A stretch of 64,000 nt of DNA from Desulfobacterales bacterium (GTDB lineage: Bacteria; Desulfobacterota; Desulfobacteria; Desulfobacterales; UBA5852): contig CAXXVS010000003.1 in assembly GCA_963674755.2 (NCBI GenBank), positions 1,248,001 through 1,312,000 on the forward strand. The letters are read 5' to 3'. The notes below the pieces were generated by a model. It saw only the letters and a list, made by a program, of their open reading frames with translations, was not told the DNA's origin and did no database searches. Positions 1 to 9,905 of this stretch are shown in pieces. A program made the translations under genes and the position numbers. Position 1 is the stretch's first letter. Every line of letters begins with the position of its first letter.

Positions 1-2
1 AT

Positions 3-1592
3 GACGATCAGCGCAACGTCGTACGCCAGGGCTACGCGGGACTGCTCTGGAGCAAGCAGTTCTATCACCTTGTCGTCGCGGACTGGCTGGAGGGCGATCC
101 GGCCATGCCGACCCCGCCGGCCGGCCGCCGGCAGGTCCGCAACAGCGAATGGCGGCATCTCTACAGCCGGGATGTGATCTCCATGCCGGACAAATGGGAG
201 TATCCCTGGTTTGCCGGCTGGGATCTGGCCTTTCACATGATTCCCTTCGCCCAAATCGATCCGGACTTCGCCAAATCCCAGCTCATTTTGTTCCTGCGCG
301 AATGGTATATGCATCCCAACGGGCAGCTGCCGGCCTACGAGTTCGCCTTCGGTGACGTCAATCCGCCGGTGCATGCCTGGGCGGCCTGGCGGGTTTACAA
401 GATCGCGGCCGCGCGGGGCGACCGCGACCGCGATTTTCTGGAAAGCGCCTTTCAAAAACTCCTGCTGAACTTCACCTGGTGGGTGAACCGCAAGGACGTT
501 CAGGGCAAGAACATCTTCTCCGGCGGTTTTCTGGGGCTGGACAACATCGGGGTGTTCGACCGCTCCAAACCCCTGCCCACCGGCGGCGTCCTGCAGCAGG
601 CCGACGGAACCGCCTGGATGGGGTTTTACTGCGGCACCATGCTCAGTATGGCCATGGAGCTGGCGCACATGGACGGCCGGATCCACCAGGCCTATGAGGA
701 CATGGCTTCGAAATTCCTCGAGCACTTCATCCAGATCGCCGATGCCATCAACAGCCTGTGCGGCGACGGCCTGTGGGATGAGCAGGACGGGTTTTACTAC
801 GACCAGATCCGCTTCGACCATTCCAGTGTACCGCTCAAAATTCGTTCCATCGTGGGCCTGCTGCCGCTGATCACGGTGGAGGTCTACGACGAGGAAACCC
901 TCAAACGTTTGCCCGGCTTTTACAAGCGCCTGGTGTGGTTCCGCAATTTCCGCCGGGATCTGCCCAATCATATCACCCATTACGAACATCACCGCGGACG
1001 TCGCATGATCGCGCTGCCATCCCGCGAGCGGCTGCAGCGCATCCTGCGCACCATGCTGGACGAAAACGAATTTCTCGCCCCCCACGGCATCCGTTCGGTT
1101 TCCAAGTTCCATGGCGCGCACCCCTTCGTGTTCGAGGCCAATGGCAGCACCCACCAGGTGGATTACGAACCGGGCGAATCGACCACCGAGCTGTTCGGCG
1201 GCAACTCGAACTGGCGGGGTCCGGTCTGGCTGCCCATCAACTATCTGCTCATCGAAGCCCTGGAACGCTACCACCACTTTTATGGCGACGACTTCACGGT
1301 GGAATGCCCGACCGGTTCGGGCCATGTGGTAACCCTGGACAAGGTCGCCCGGGAGTTGGCGCGCCGCGTGGCGACGCTTTTTCTGCGGGATGAGAACGGA
1401 CGCCGTCCCTGCTTCGGTGACGCCGCCCGTTGGAGCGACGACCCCTATTGGCGCGATCTGGTGCTGTTCAACGAATACTTCCATGGCGAAACCGGTCGGG
1501 GCCTAGGCGCCAGCCACCAGACCGGCTGGACGGCCCTGGCGATCCGGCACATCGAAGATTTGCATCGGTACCAGGAAGGTGCTCCTGATTAG
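3..1592 (+). CDS. Glycoside hydrolase family 63 / MGH1-like glucosidase, 5'-truncated by window edge
   Basis: Frame is open from base 3 (DDQRNVVRQGYAGLLWSKQFY...). Family motifs SMPDKWEYPWFAGWDLAFH, GGFLGLDNIG, NSNWRGPVW, GASHQTGWT. Confidence 0.85.
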   Translation, partial: DDQRNVVRQGYAGLLWSKQFYHLVVADWLEGDPAMPTPPAGRRQVRNSEWRHLYSRDVISMPDKWEYPWFAGWDLAFHMIPFAQIDPDFAKSQLILFLREWYMHPNGQLPAYEFAFGDVNPPVHAWAAWRVYKIAAARGDRDRDFLESAFQKLLLNFTWWVNRKDVQGKNIFSGGFLGLDNIGVFDRSKPLPTGGVLQQADGTAWMGFYCGTMLSMAMELAHMDGRIHQAYEDMASKFLEHFIQIADAINSLCGDGLWDEQDGFYYDQIRFDHSSVPLKIRSIVGLLPLITVEVYDEETLKRLPGFYKRLVWFRNFRRDLPNHITHYEHHRGRRMIALPSRERLQRILRTMLDENEFLAPHGIRSVSKFHGAHPFVFEANGSTHQVDYEPGESTTELFGGNSNWRGPVWLPINYLLIEALERYHHFYGDDFTVECPTGSGHVVTLDKVARELARRVATLFLRDENGRRPCFGDAARWSDDPYWRDLVLFNEYFHGETGRGLGASHQTGWTALAIRHIEDLHRYQEGAPD

Positions 1593-1659
1593 AGGAGAAA
1601 TTTTCAATAGGTCCGACCAGCGGGGAATAACTTCTTCGAGGGCATCAACCCAACGCAAA

Positions 1660-1691
1660 AAGGGGCCCGCTTCAGCCGAAGCGGGCCCCTT
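1660..1691 (-). terminator. Intrinsic terminator between convergent genes
   Basis: 14-bp perfect stem AAGGGGCCCGCTTC-AGCC-GAAGCGGGCCCCTT; T-run on the minus strand downstream of the 1724..6367 gene. Confidence 0.85.
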
Positions 1692-1723
1692 GCGGTAATC
1701 AACGATGATGGATTTGCGAATGC

Positions 1724-4700
1724 TTATTCGATGATCACGGTCGTTTCTGCTCCTGTCGCTGTTGCGGGGACATTGGCCGGAAACTCCGTAGGCATGAGGC
1801 GGCGGAACATGATGTCGCTGCCCTCCTCGCCCTCGTCCAGCCAGACGCCGTAGAAACGCTCGCCATTGGGCGTCATGCGGATCTGAACCTCCCCTTGCTC
1901 CTGGTCGCCCTTGGCCAGACGGTACCAGCCGCTGACGGTTTCGTCGGCATGATTGCCGTCGCTGTCCGGATTCACGACCCAGGTGTCCTCCACCAGGGTG
2001 TTGCCCCGATCCAGGGAGAAGCTCAGGAAAAGGTCCTCCGGAGCCTTCTCCACGTCGGGCAGGTTGGTGGAAGTGCCATAGGCCAGATAGAACACGTCCG
2101 GGTCCTGCTTGTCTTCGGCGATTCCTGTCCAAACACCGTTTACCTTGATCGTGCCGGGTACGGCCACGATCCGCGGCTCGATGACGCTGACCTTGTTGTT
2201 CTTGATCAGGGACACGTTGCGCGCGGGCTCGTAGACGCCGCCGCCTTGATACACGGTGTCGACCGTGTAGTGCTTGGTCGGCTCGGTGACATCGTTGCCC
2301 TCCGCGTCCAACTCCGCCCCGGAAACCCCTTCGGGATCGAAGAAGTAGTCGATGTGGGTGACATCGCCGTCATAATCTGGATCGGTGGTCCAGGTAGCAC
2401 CACCGTCGAAGGAACGCCGGATGTAGAAGTCATACTTGTCGTGGGCTTTGCGTGAGGCCGCCCAGTTGGGGCAGTAGGAGTAGCCCATGATGACGAAGTC
2501 GCCGCGAATCGCACCGCGATGGGCGCGCGCGTCTTCGTAGGGGTTTACGCCCGACTTCCAGGTCAGGCATTCTTCCGGCTGGATCCAGTCGCAGACTTTG
2601 ACGCCGTCACCCTTGGCGCTCTCGGAACGATCGGGATTGATCCAGGTCGTTCCGGGCATCACTGTGCTGACGTTCTGGGCGCCAGGTAGGAAGTTTGCAG
2701 GTGACCAAGGATTGCCCTTTTTGATGGTGCCGTCTTCATTTTTCACCACGCACCGGCGCATCATGATGTCGCTCGGCCGACCGGCACCTTCCTCGCCCTC
2801 TTTATAGAGGACGATCAGCACGGTGCCCGAGTTGTCCGGCTGTTTGAACGAGCCGTCCGTCTTGGTGCCACCGAAGGCGGACGCCTTGGACTGCAGGATG
2901 AACCGGGGACGGCGGGCGTTCTCGTAGGCCAGGATCGGATCACCTTTCCAATCGAGGATCTGTTGGCCGGCCAGGGGGTTGGGGATCGGTTCATAGCCGG
3001 TGATATTGCCTTCCGCATCGTAAATCGGATCTGACCCGAGATACTCCGGCTCCTGAGCATAGACGGGATTGCCGTATTCATCTGTCTCGGGCAGGTTGAG
3101 GATGGTCCCGGCGCTGACCAGGTCCGGCTGGGTGAAGTCGAAGCTGTGGTAGATGGCGTTTTTGCCGTTGTCCGGGACGGATTCATATGGGTCGTAGCCG
3201 CTGCCGTCCTGGGGCTGTTCTCCGGTTCCTGTTGTTTCCGAAGGCCCGGAACCCAAGCCTTTGGTCTCCTCATAGGCCATGATGGCCCAGGCGCTCTTGG
3301 TGCCGTCCTTCTTGGTGTAGGTCTGCAGGAAGAGGTTCGGACGCGTAGCCGAGGTGTTGCCATCCAGCAGCCGGCCGTCGGTGGCCACCGCCACGGTGCG
3401 CTCCGCGCCCTGGTAGTTGGTCTTGGTATAGAGGCCGATTCCGTCGGGTGAGATGCCATTCTCGTAGGACCAGAGATCCTGCTGCAACCACGGAAAGTTA
3501 TCCATGGTTACCTCGGTGATATAGCGGTGGGAGCCGTCTTTGGTATCGTCCGGATCGGGTTGGATGTAGGGATACGGGTCGTAGGGATAGTAAGCCTCGA
3601 TGATCTCGCCGCCTTCCTGGGTGCCGTCCTTCCAAATGCCACCCATGGCTTCGCATTCGGCGCATTTAACGGCTTCGTCCAGGCCGTAGGACACCGCGAT
3701 TACCCGGTCCCGGGGCACCACGTGATTGTAATGGCAACTCACACAGTCGCTGTTGGTAAATCCTCCCAGGTATTCGCCAGCCCCGTCATTGACCACCACC
3801 AGCGGTACCGGCGCCGCTTGGGTGGGGTTCTCACCATGGGGGTCGGTATCATAAGGCACATGGCAGTTGGTGCAATTCATGGTGGACGAGTGGTCACTCG
3901 GTACGGCCCGCAACACGGCGTAGTCAGCGCTCAGGGCATCGGGGTCGTCCGGTGTCACGATGGTGCCCCCGCCCTCGAATTTGACGCAGCGGGTCAGATT
4001 CGCGGTTTCGTAGGTAATGTCGCCCGCGCTGACCGCCGCGATGGGGTTGCCGTCGGCATCCAGCAACTCGGCGTTGTTCGTGTTGACGGCGTCGTTGTCC
4101 GAAATCCGTACCGGCAGCGACATGGGTACCAGAGCCTTGGGCCGGTTGGTCCACGCGATTTCATTGCCCTCATCGTCATATTGCACGGGATGCTCGGGAT
4201 CACCACCGGCCACGAAGTTTTCGTCGAGCTGCGCGTGATCGGCCCAGGTGATATAGCTGTACCAGATGTCGGTCTTGTGGTTGGCTGTGGCGCCACCCCA
4301 GCCAGGGCCGGGACCCTTGGCTTCACCCGGACGCAGCCCCTTGGGGTCTTCCTGCCAGGTGATGGCGAATCCGGCCCCGTCCGCGGCGCCCATGAATACC
4401 TGGTTGGCATCGCGCCGGCCGGAGGTCAGGCGTTCGGGCTTAAACCACACGATGTCGCCGACCTCCTTGTCGGCCCACCAGCCGCCCCTGTCGATTTCGG
4501 CCTGGGTGACGATGACGCCGCGGCAGGTCCAGACCGCACTGTAGGGCACCTCACCCTCTTCGGGGTAGCCCTGTTCGGTATAGTCCACTGAACGCTGAGG
4601 ACCCGAGACGCCCCAGAAATCGTCCGCTACATAAGGATCGTCGTAAGGATAGTCAGGGCCACATTTTTCATTTTCACCAGACCCTGCGCAGGTTTCGCAT

Positions 4701-6367
4701 TCATCGGGAACGCCATCGCCATCCTTATCCGGACAGGCCCGGATCGAATAGCGCGGCTTGCCGCCTTTGGCGAACTTGCTGGTCCAGGCGATCAGGATTT
4801 TATTGCCCTTGACCTGGAAGACCGGTTTCTTGCAGTAGCCATAGTAAGGCTCGCCATTGGCCAGGGTGAACGAACTGCGGTCGGCCATGCGCGAGATGTT
4901 CTTGCGTTTCCAGGTGTGGCCGTCGTCCCGGGACACAGCCGCCCAGACGTCGTGGGCGCCGGTTTCGGGGTCCGCATCGCAGAAGGTGGCGATGATCGGT
5001 TTGGCTTCGGTGGCCGTTCGGATCAAATTTCCATCTTCATCATAGTAAGGGATCGCGGGGGTCCCGGTCTCATCTGTATAATCCACTGGATCGCCGTTGG
5101 CCTTGAGAGCCGGGAACCAGACGCCCATGATGTTGAGCTTGGCCTTAGCGCTGGCCAGCTCTGGCGTGCGTGAGACGCGCTTGCGGAACATGGACGAGCT
5201 CGTGGATTTGCCCAAGTGGGCCTGGGCGTCTTCAGCTGAGACGGCCACCAGGCCAGTTTCGCTCATGGCACGGGCTTCGGTGATGGTCGCCTGGATGATG
5301 TCTTCCACCATTTCATCATCGCTGAAATTGATACTTTCCAGCCCAATGCCTGCCATGGCAGCGGTAAAGGCAGCGGCCACCGTATCGGTAATCAGGATGC
5401 CTTTTTGCGGGGTCGCATCCGCATCCAGGCTTTGGAGCAGGCGGGCCATGTTGATGACCCGCGGGTCGTCGAGGTCGCTGTTGGCGAACATGTCCAGCGG
5501 GGAGATTTTGTGGTCCACCAGGGTGCTGCCGATGGGGATGCCGCCGATGGAGAGCTCCACGGTCTCGCCCGGGAAATAGTCGAAAGCCCCGGATTCGTCA
5601 GTCAGCCCGTTGTGGGTCGGGGTCTGGAAGGTCATACCTTCCACCGGCGAGTCGATGAAGTGGGCCCGCCGCGGGTGGGCCATCTCGTAGGTGGCGAAGC
5701 CCCAATGGCTGAGGATTTTCTGTTTGAGGAAGCCGTTGACGTGGTTGTGGCGTTCGCGGTTGGCGTTGCCTTTGACAACGATGTGACGGACTTTGCCGAG
5801 ACCCGATACCAGGGCTTCGCTTTCTGGTCCCGTCGCCTCGAATTCCGGATCGACCATCCAGACATCGCGTTGGGAAAGAATTTTCCCCCTGATGCGGTCC
5901 ACAAAAACAAAAACCCCATGGACGCACAGGTTTTGCAGCCGCAGCGCCTCATAGGGCTGCCCCCAACGAAAATCCATGTCCTCTTCCAGATCGAGGACCA
6001 AGGCATACTGGCCGGCGGGCTCCTCGTATTGCACCCGGTAGGGGAAGACGTCTAGGTCGGGCGTACCGTTCGGTTTGAGGGGTACCGGATCGTTGCCCAC
6101 GTAGATGTCGAGCTTCTTGATTTTCCATTCGCCGCTGGCGTCCTGGCAGGTCAGATCTTCGGGCGTTACCCGGATTTGCAGCTTGACGCGGGTGTTCCAG
6201 ATCGCGACGCTACCGGTGGCGGGGTAGGTCAGCCAACCATCGTCGGTTAACTCGCATCGGTAGAGGTTGTTCTGCATGAGGCCGCCGGGACCTTGGTAAG
6301 CCCAACCCAAGGTCGGCAGGAGCGCGAGTAGGAGCCCTGTAATCAAACAACGATGGTGAAATTTCAT
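1724..6367 (-). CDS. Large secreted Asp-box protein, choice-of-anchor-O-like paralog 1, with two CXXCH heme c motifs
   Basis: Signal peptide MKFHHRCLITGLLLALLPTLGWA after purine-rich RBS. Asp-boxes SRDDGHTWK and RSFDGGATWT. Family block WQEDPKGLRPGEAKGPGPGWGGA..HKTDIWYSYI. CTNCH (3860-3874) and CVSCH (3731-3745). N-terminal FIDSPVEG module. Family name recalled, not searched. Confidence 0.75.
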   Translation of the reverse strand: MKFHHRCLITGLLLALLPTLGWAYQGPGGLMQNNLYRCELTDDGWLTYPATGSVAIWNTRVKLQIRVTPEDLTCQDASGEWKIKKLDIYVGNDPVPLKPNGTPDLDVFPYRVQYEEPAGQYALVLDLEEDMDFRWGQPYEALRLQNLCVHGVFVFVDRIRGKILSQRDVWMVDPEFEATGPESEALVSGLGKVRHIVVKGNANRERHNHVNGFLKQKILSHWGFATYEMAHPRRAHFIDSPVEGMTFQTPTHNGLTDESGAFDYFPGETVELSIGGIPIGSTLVDHKISPLDMFANSDLDDPRVINMARLLQSLDADATPQKGILITDTVAAAFTAAMAGIGLESINFSDDEMVEDIIQATITEARAMSETGLVAVSAEDAQAHLGKSTSSSMFRKRVSRTPELASAKAKLNIMGVWFPALKANGDPVDYTDETGTPAIPYYDEDGNLIRTATEAKPIIATFCDADPETGAHDVWAAVSRDDGHTWKRKNISRMADRSSFTLANGEPYYGYCKKPVFQVKGNKILIAWTSKFAKGGKPRYSIRACPDKDGDGVPDECETCAGSGENEKCGPDYPYDDPYVADDFWGVSGPQRSVDYTEQGYPEEGEVPYSAVWTCRGVIVTQAEIDRGGWWADKEVGDIVWFKPERLTSGRRDANQVFMGAADGAGFAITWQEDPKGLRPGEAKGPGPGWGGATANHKTDIWYSYITWADHAQLDENFVAGGDPEHPVQYDDEGNEIAWTNRPKALVPMSLPVRISDNDAVNTNNAELLDADGNPIAAVSAGDITYETANLTRCVKFEGGGTIVTPDDPDALSADYAVLRAVPSDHSSTMNCTNCHVPYDTDPHGENPTQAAPVPLVVVNDGAGEYLGGFTNSDCVSCHYNHVVPRDRVIAVSYGLDEAVKCAECEAMGGIWKDGTQEGGEIIEAYYPYDPYPYIQPDPDDTKDGSHRYITEVTMDNFPWLQQDLWSYENGISPDGIGLYTKTNYQGAERTVAVATDGRLLDGNTSATRPNLFLQTYTKKDGTKSAWAIMAYEETKGLGSGPSETTGTGEQPQDGSGYDPYESVPDNGKNAIYHSFDFTQPDLVSAGTILNLPETDEYGNPVYAQEPEYLGSDPIYDAEGNITGYEPIPNPLAGQQILDWKGDPILAYENARRPRFILQSKASAFGGTKTDGSFKQPDNSGTVLIVLYKEGEEGAGRPSDIMMRRCVVKNEDGTIKKGNPWSPANFLPGAQNVSTVMPGTTWINPDRSESAKGDGVKVCDWIQPEECLTWKSGVNPYEDARAHRGAIRGDFVIMGYSYCPNWAASRKAHDKYDFYIRRSFDGGATWTTDPDYDGDVTHIDYFFDPEGVSGAELDAEGNDVTEPTKHYTVDTVYQGGGVYEPARNVSLIKNNKVSVIEPRIVAVPGTIKVNGVWTGIAEDKQDPDVFYLAYGTSTNLPDVEKAPEDLFLSFSLDRGNTLVEDTWVVNPDSDGNHADETVSGWYRLAKGDQEQGEVQIRMTPNGERFYGVWLDEGEEGSDIMFRRLMPTEFPANVPATATGAETTVIIE

Positions 6368-6509
6368 CCTGCCCCCTTCCTTTTGGTTTGTTTCCGTTCG
6401 CATGCGAAATGAGATGGGTTGACCTTTCCTTGCGGGCGATCAACAGAAGCGCCCATGTTGTCAAAATCGGCTAAGAACTTTTGTGGGATGAATCGTCAGG
6501 GGTAGGACT

Positions 6510-6525
6510 AGCAATTTGAGTGCCA
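6510..6525 (-). promoter_or_regulatory. sigma54 -24/-12 promoter of paralog 1
   Basis: Minus strand TGGCAC-TCAAA-TTGCT, a perfect match to TGGCAC-N5-TTGCW. Confidence 0.85.
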
Positions 6526-6586
6526 TATAATAATAGGAATTATAACCATTTATTATCAGACAGATACGGATTAAGTAAATTTTAAA

Positions 6587-6646
6587 ATGAAATATATTTC
6601 ATAATATTGTTGCGAAAGTTTCGTTTGATTATGAAATATATTCCAC
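6587..6646. promoter_or_regulatory. Tandem palindromic regulator-binding sites
   Basis: Perfect palindrome ATGAAATATATTTCAT (6587-6602) and near copy ATGAAATATATTCCAC (6631-6646) in an AT-rich region upstream of the sigma54 promoter. Confidence 0.6.
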
Positions 6647-6778
6647 AATCAAAAGATTTGATTAATTGCGGCAGGGAGGTAATGGCGGATCTTGATAGTT
6701 GTCTTATCATAGGGTATCGGGCAAATTTGAGGCTGCCAATGACCATTCACGTAGACTGAGAAGCGAGGGCACCTGACC

Positions 6779-7588
6779 ATGCCTTTGGATCATACGAACG
6801 ACAGGGCGCGGATCATATACTTCTCCCACGGCGGCGGGCCGCTGCCGATTCTTGGAGATGCGAGCCACCGGGCCATGATCGCCTTCATGCAGGTCCTGCC
6901 GGACCAGCTCGAAAGGCCGGAGGCGGTCGTGGTGATCAGCGCCCACTGGGAAGTGCGTGTCGCTACGGTATTGGGGCATCGCGCGCCCGGCATGTTCTAC
7001 GACTACTACGGGTTTCCGCCGGAAGCCTATCAAATCAACTACCCGGCTCCGGGAAACCCCGGCCTGGCGGAGAAAATTGCGGCGTTGCTGAGCAACAGCG
7101 GCATCTCCGCCCAAATCGATTTCGAGCGGGGCTTCGACCACGGCTTGTTTATTCCCATGGCAATGATGTACCCCCAGGCGGAGATTCCCATGCTCCAGCT
7201 ATCCCTTATCCGGGGGCTGAACCCGGCTAATCATATCGCCCTGGGCCGTGCTTTGCGTAACTTGCGAAGCGAGAACATCCTGGTGGTCGGTTCCGGATTT
7301 TCATTTCACAATATGCGGGCCTTCTCCTGGCAGGGGACGAAAGCTCCCGACCCCCGCAACGATGCCTTTCAAGATTGGCTTGTCGATGTTTGCACCGGCC
7401 CGCATTCCCAAGAGGAGCGCGAAGCCCTGTTGATCGAATGGGAACAAGCCCCCCATGCCCGCTACTGCCATCCGCGGGAAGAGCATCTTCTCCCCCTGCA
7501 TGTTTGCCTGGGGCTGGCCGACCGGCCCGCGGAAGTGATTTTCGATGATAACATTCTTGGCAAGCGGGCGGTGGCTTTCAAGTGGTAG
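6779..7588 (+). CDS. DODA/YgiD-type extradiol ring-cleavage dioxygenase (LigB family)
   Basis: SHGGGP, VISAHWE, YDYYGFP, RGFDHG, GSGFSFHN and HPREEHLLPL motifs. Confidence 0.85.
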   Translation: MPLDHTNDRARIIYFSHGGGPLPILGDASHRAMIAFMQVLPDQLERPEAVVVISAHWEVRVATVLGHRAPGMFYDYYGFPPEAYQINYPAPGNPGLAEKIAALLSNSGISAQIDFERGFDHGLFIPMAMMYPQAEIPMLQLSLIRGLNPANHIALGRALRNLRSENILVVGSGFSFHNMRAFSWQGTKAPDPRNDAFQDWLVDVCTGPHSQEEREALLIEWEQAPHARYCHPREEHLLPLHVCLGLADRPAEVIFDDNILGKRAVAFKW

Positions 7589-8025
7589 CTATCACCCATA
7601 TCCAAATGCTGACATCGCCGGCTAACGGGAAGAAAGTTAAAACGGCAATGGGCTTTTTGCAGGCGCCTGAAGCCTAGTGCAAGGCGTTAACGGCGACGCC
7701 TGAACAGCGGGCGGCCGTGCAGGGAACGGGCGTAATTTCTCAACGGCCAAAAAGCAGGCAGGTGTTTCCGTAAGCCGGCCTGGCCGAACCTCCTGGATAA
7801 TCTGCGGGTCGGATTGGTCTTGATAACCCTGCCTTCGACCAGCCCGGACAATACAAGACAGCCTGAAAAAGAAAACGAGAGATCTGGCGCCGACACGTCA
7901 GGTCGGCTTTGAGGTGATCATGGCGCAAGCGCTGTCGCTTCAGTGGGAGGTGCTGCCGGGCAGTTTCGGCATTTACCGCTGCTTCGAATCAATTCTGCCG
8001 CATCCGACGGGTGCCGCTTGCCTGG

Positions 8026-8379
8026 TCAATACTTCCCGTAACGCAGGCGGGTGCCATAGTCGAGGGATAGACGGATTTCCTGGGGCGACAATTCCGGCGG
8101 GAAATACACACCGGATATTTTCGCTCCGTGAATGCTGGCCCCCTCGAGACGGCAGGTGCTCAAGTCCAACCCCCGCAAGTCCGTCTGCCGGAAATAGCAG
8201 CCCGAAAAGTCAATGCCTTGCAGATTGAACTGCCGCAGGTCCTGGCTGCGGAAATCGAGATTGCGGAAGTCGCAGCAGTTTTCCTCGGTACATCGTGCAT
8301 TGAAGGCGTCGATGTCTTCATCCAGGATGAGCTGATAGAGCTTATTGCGGGTATCCCTGTGTGGCGGTTGATTTTCCAT
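8026..8379 (-). CDS. Pentapeptide repeat protein
   Basis: Repeats LDFRS QDLRQ FNLQG IDFSG CYFRQ TDLRG LDLST CRLEG ASIHG AKISG. Confidence 0.85.
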   Translation of the reverse strand: MENQPPHRDTRNKLYQLILDEDIDAFNARCTEENCCDFRNLDFRSQDLRQFNLQGIDFSGCYFRQTDLRGLDLSTCRLEGASIHGAKISGVYFPPELSPQEIRLSLDYGTRLRYGKY

Positions 8380-8585
8380 GTAACGCTCCCTTTTTCGGCA
8401 ATTGCCGTTTTGGTTCGCCGACGACCCTGCACGACTATGGCGCGGCCGTCCTATTTATTAACGGTAAAATGCCGGAAAACTTGAATTGGATAGGCCTCTT
8501 CCCGATGATCGGCCTCACGGTCCGTCGAGCATACGACGCGGTTGACCCGATGCCGAAATCGATCTTCTGTGGCCTCTCAAACGGC

Positions 8586-8599
8586 TGTAGCATGACACA
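8586..8599. promoter_or_regulatory. Putative enhancer (TGTGTC-N2-GACACA family)
   Basis: TGTAGC-AT-GACACA, 144 bp upstream of the sigma54 site at 8743. Confidence 0.5.
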
Positions 8600-8742
8600 A
8601 TTGCGGGAGACCCATAATTGTGTCGCCGCGGCCGGACACCTTTCTGCGAAAACTTCCCCGATTGCTTTCTGCTTCAATACGAATCAGCGTCATTCTTAGG
8701 AACGCAACGATCTGTCCCTCTTTCAATGATGAACGACTTCGG

Positions 8743-8758
8743 TGGCACAGGATTTGTA
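8743..8758 (+). promoter_or_regulatory. sigma54 promoter of the cytochrome operon
   Basis: TGGCAC-AGGAT-TTGTA (variant -12). Confidence 0.6.
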
Positions 8759-8929
8759 AAACCACCATGCCACAGGATCGGCAGACAAGGTCTCCCAAGT
8801 GCGGCAGGATAGTGCAAGACCCCCGGGTCCGTGACGCCCCGCAGCGTTTCCCCCTTTTGCTTTCAAACCGGAGCATTTTCGATAACGCCCAGACGGCGAA
8901 CGATCTTCATGAAAGGAGAACACACCAAA

Positions 8930-9820
8930 ATGGCCAAAAAAATTCATCGACGGGAATTCCTGGCCGGCGGCCTCGGGGCCGGCGCCATGGCGCTGGGGCT
9001 GGGAATCAGACCGGCCCCCTTGCAGGCGAAGGAGTCCGAACCGGAGTCCATTCCGTTTCCGCTGCCCCCACCCGTTGTCCCGCTGGACGTCGCTGCCGTG
9101 CGCCAGACGGCCTATGATCGCTATTTTCAAGGGGGCTGCATGTACGGCGCTGCGGCGGCGCTGGTGGAAGGGCTGCGGGAGGCCTGCCGACCCGCCGCCG
9201 ACGGGAGCGACTACACGGATTGGGATCTCATCCCCACCGGCATGTTCAAATACGGCAGCGGGGGCGTGGCCGGCTGGGGGACGATCTGCGGCATCTTAAA
9301 CGGCACGGCGGCGGTATTGGCCATGGCGGACTATGGTGGCCTTATCGATCAGGTGATGGGATGGTACACGATGCAATGCTTTCCTCTGGCGGACAGCGAC
9401 GATCTAGAGACGTCCGATCGCTCCTACCGGGCCCTGGCGGATAGCGAGGTGCCGGCTCACACGGTATCCGGTTCGCCCTTGTGCCATATCTCCATTGGCA
9501 AATTTTGTGCAGCCGCCGGCATTACGCTCAAGGACGCTTCGGCGGAAGGGATGAATTATAAACAGGACCGCTGTAGCAAAGTCTGTGCGGAGACAGCGGC
9601 TCTGGCGGCCTCGCTGATCAATGCCCAGTTGGCCGAAAGCGCGGAAACCCTTTACACCACACCGGAGTCCTATGCGTCCTGCCTGACCTGCCACGGGACC
9701 ATAAAAGATCAGGTGGGCAAGATGAACTGTCATGGATGCCATTCCACCTCCGAGGTTACGCTTGTCGGGAGCGGGCATGAGCGCAATGTGACAGCACCCA
9801 AGAATCGCAAAAAGCGTTAA
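8930..9820 (+). CDS. Tat-exported C-GCAxxG-C-C / split-Soret cytochrome c family protein with C-terminal di-heme
   Basis: AGGAG RBS; twin-arginine signal IHRREFLAGG; GGCMYG, GWGTICG, LCHIS, DRCSKVC; C-terminal CLTCH and CHGCH. Confidence 0.8.
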   Translation: MAKKIHRREFLAGGLGAGAMALGLGIRPAPLQAKESEPESIPFPLPPPVVPLDVAAVRQTAYDRYFQGGCMYGAAAALVEGLREACRPAADGSDYTDWDLIPTGMFKYGSGGVAGWGTICGILNGTAAVLAMADYGGLIDQVMGWYTMQCFPLADSDDLETSDRSYRALADSEVPAHTVSGSPLCHISIGKFCAAAGITLKDASAEGMNYKQDRCSKVCAETAALAASLINAQLAESAETLYTTPESYASCLTCHGTIKDQVGKMNCHGCHSTSEVTLVGSGHERNVTAPKNRKKR

Positions 9821-9905
9821 TCCTGCATCTGGCGCTCCGGCGCCCCAAACCACTGTTTTCGCTAAACCAATCACCCGCCCAAACGGGCGGGCGGCGAAGA
9901 CCGCT

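Noticed and set aside
3640..4705. CAECE and CETCA in paralog 1 as extra heme sites
   Set aside because: They lack the His of CXXCH; more likely disulfides.
7690..7910. Possible riboswitch (TTATC..GAG-like starts on the minus strand) or small ORFs
   Set aside because: Could not match SAM-I or c-di-GMP riboswitch core motifs by eye; an Rfam/Infernal scan would decide.
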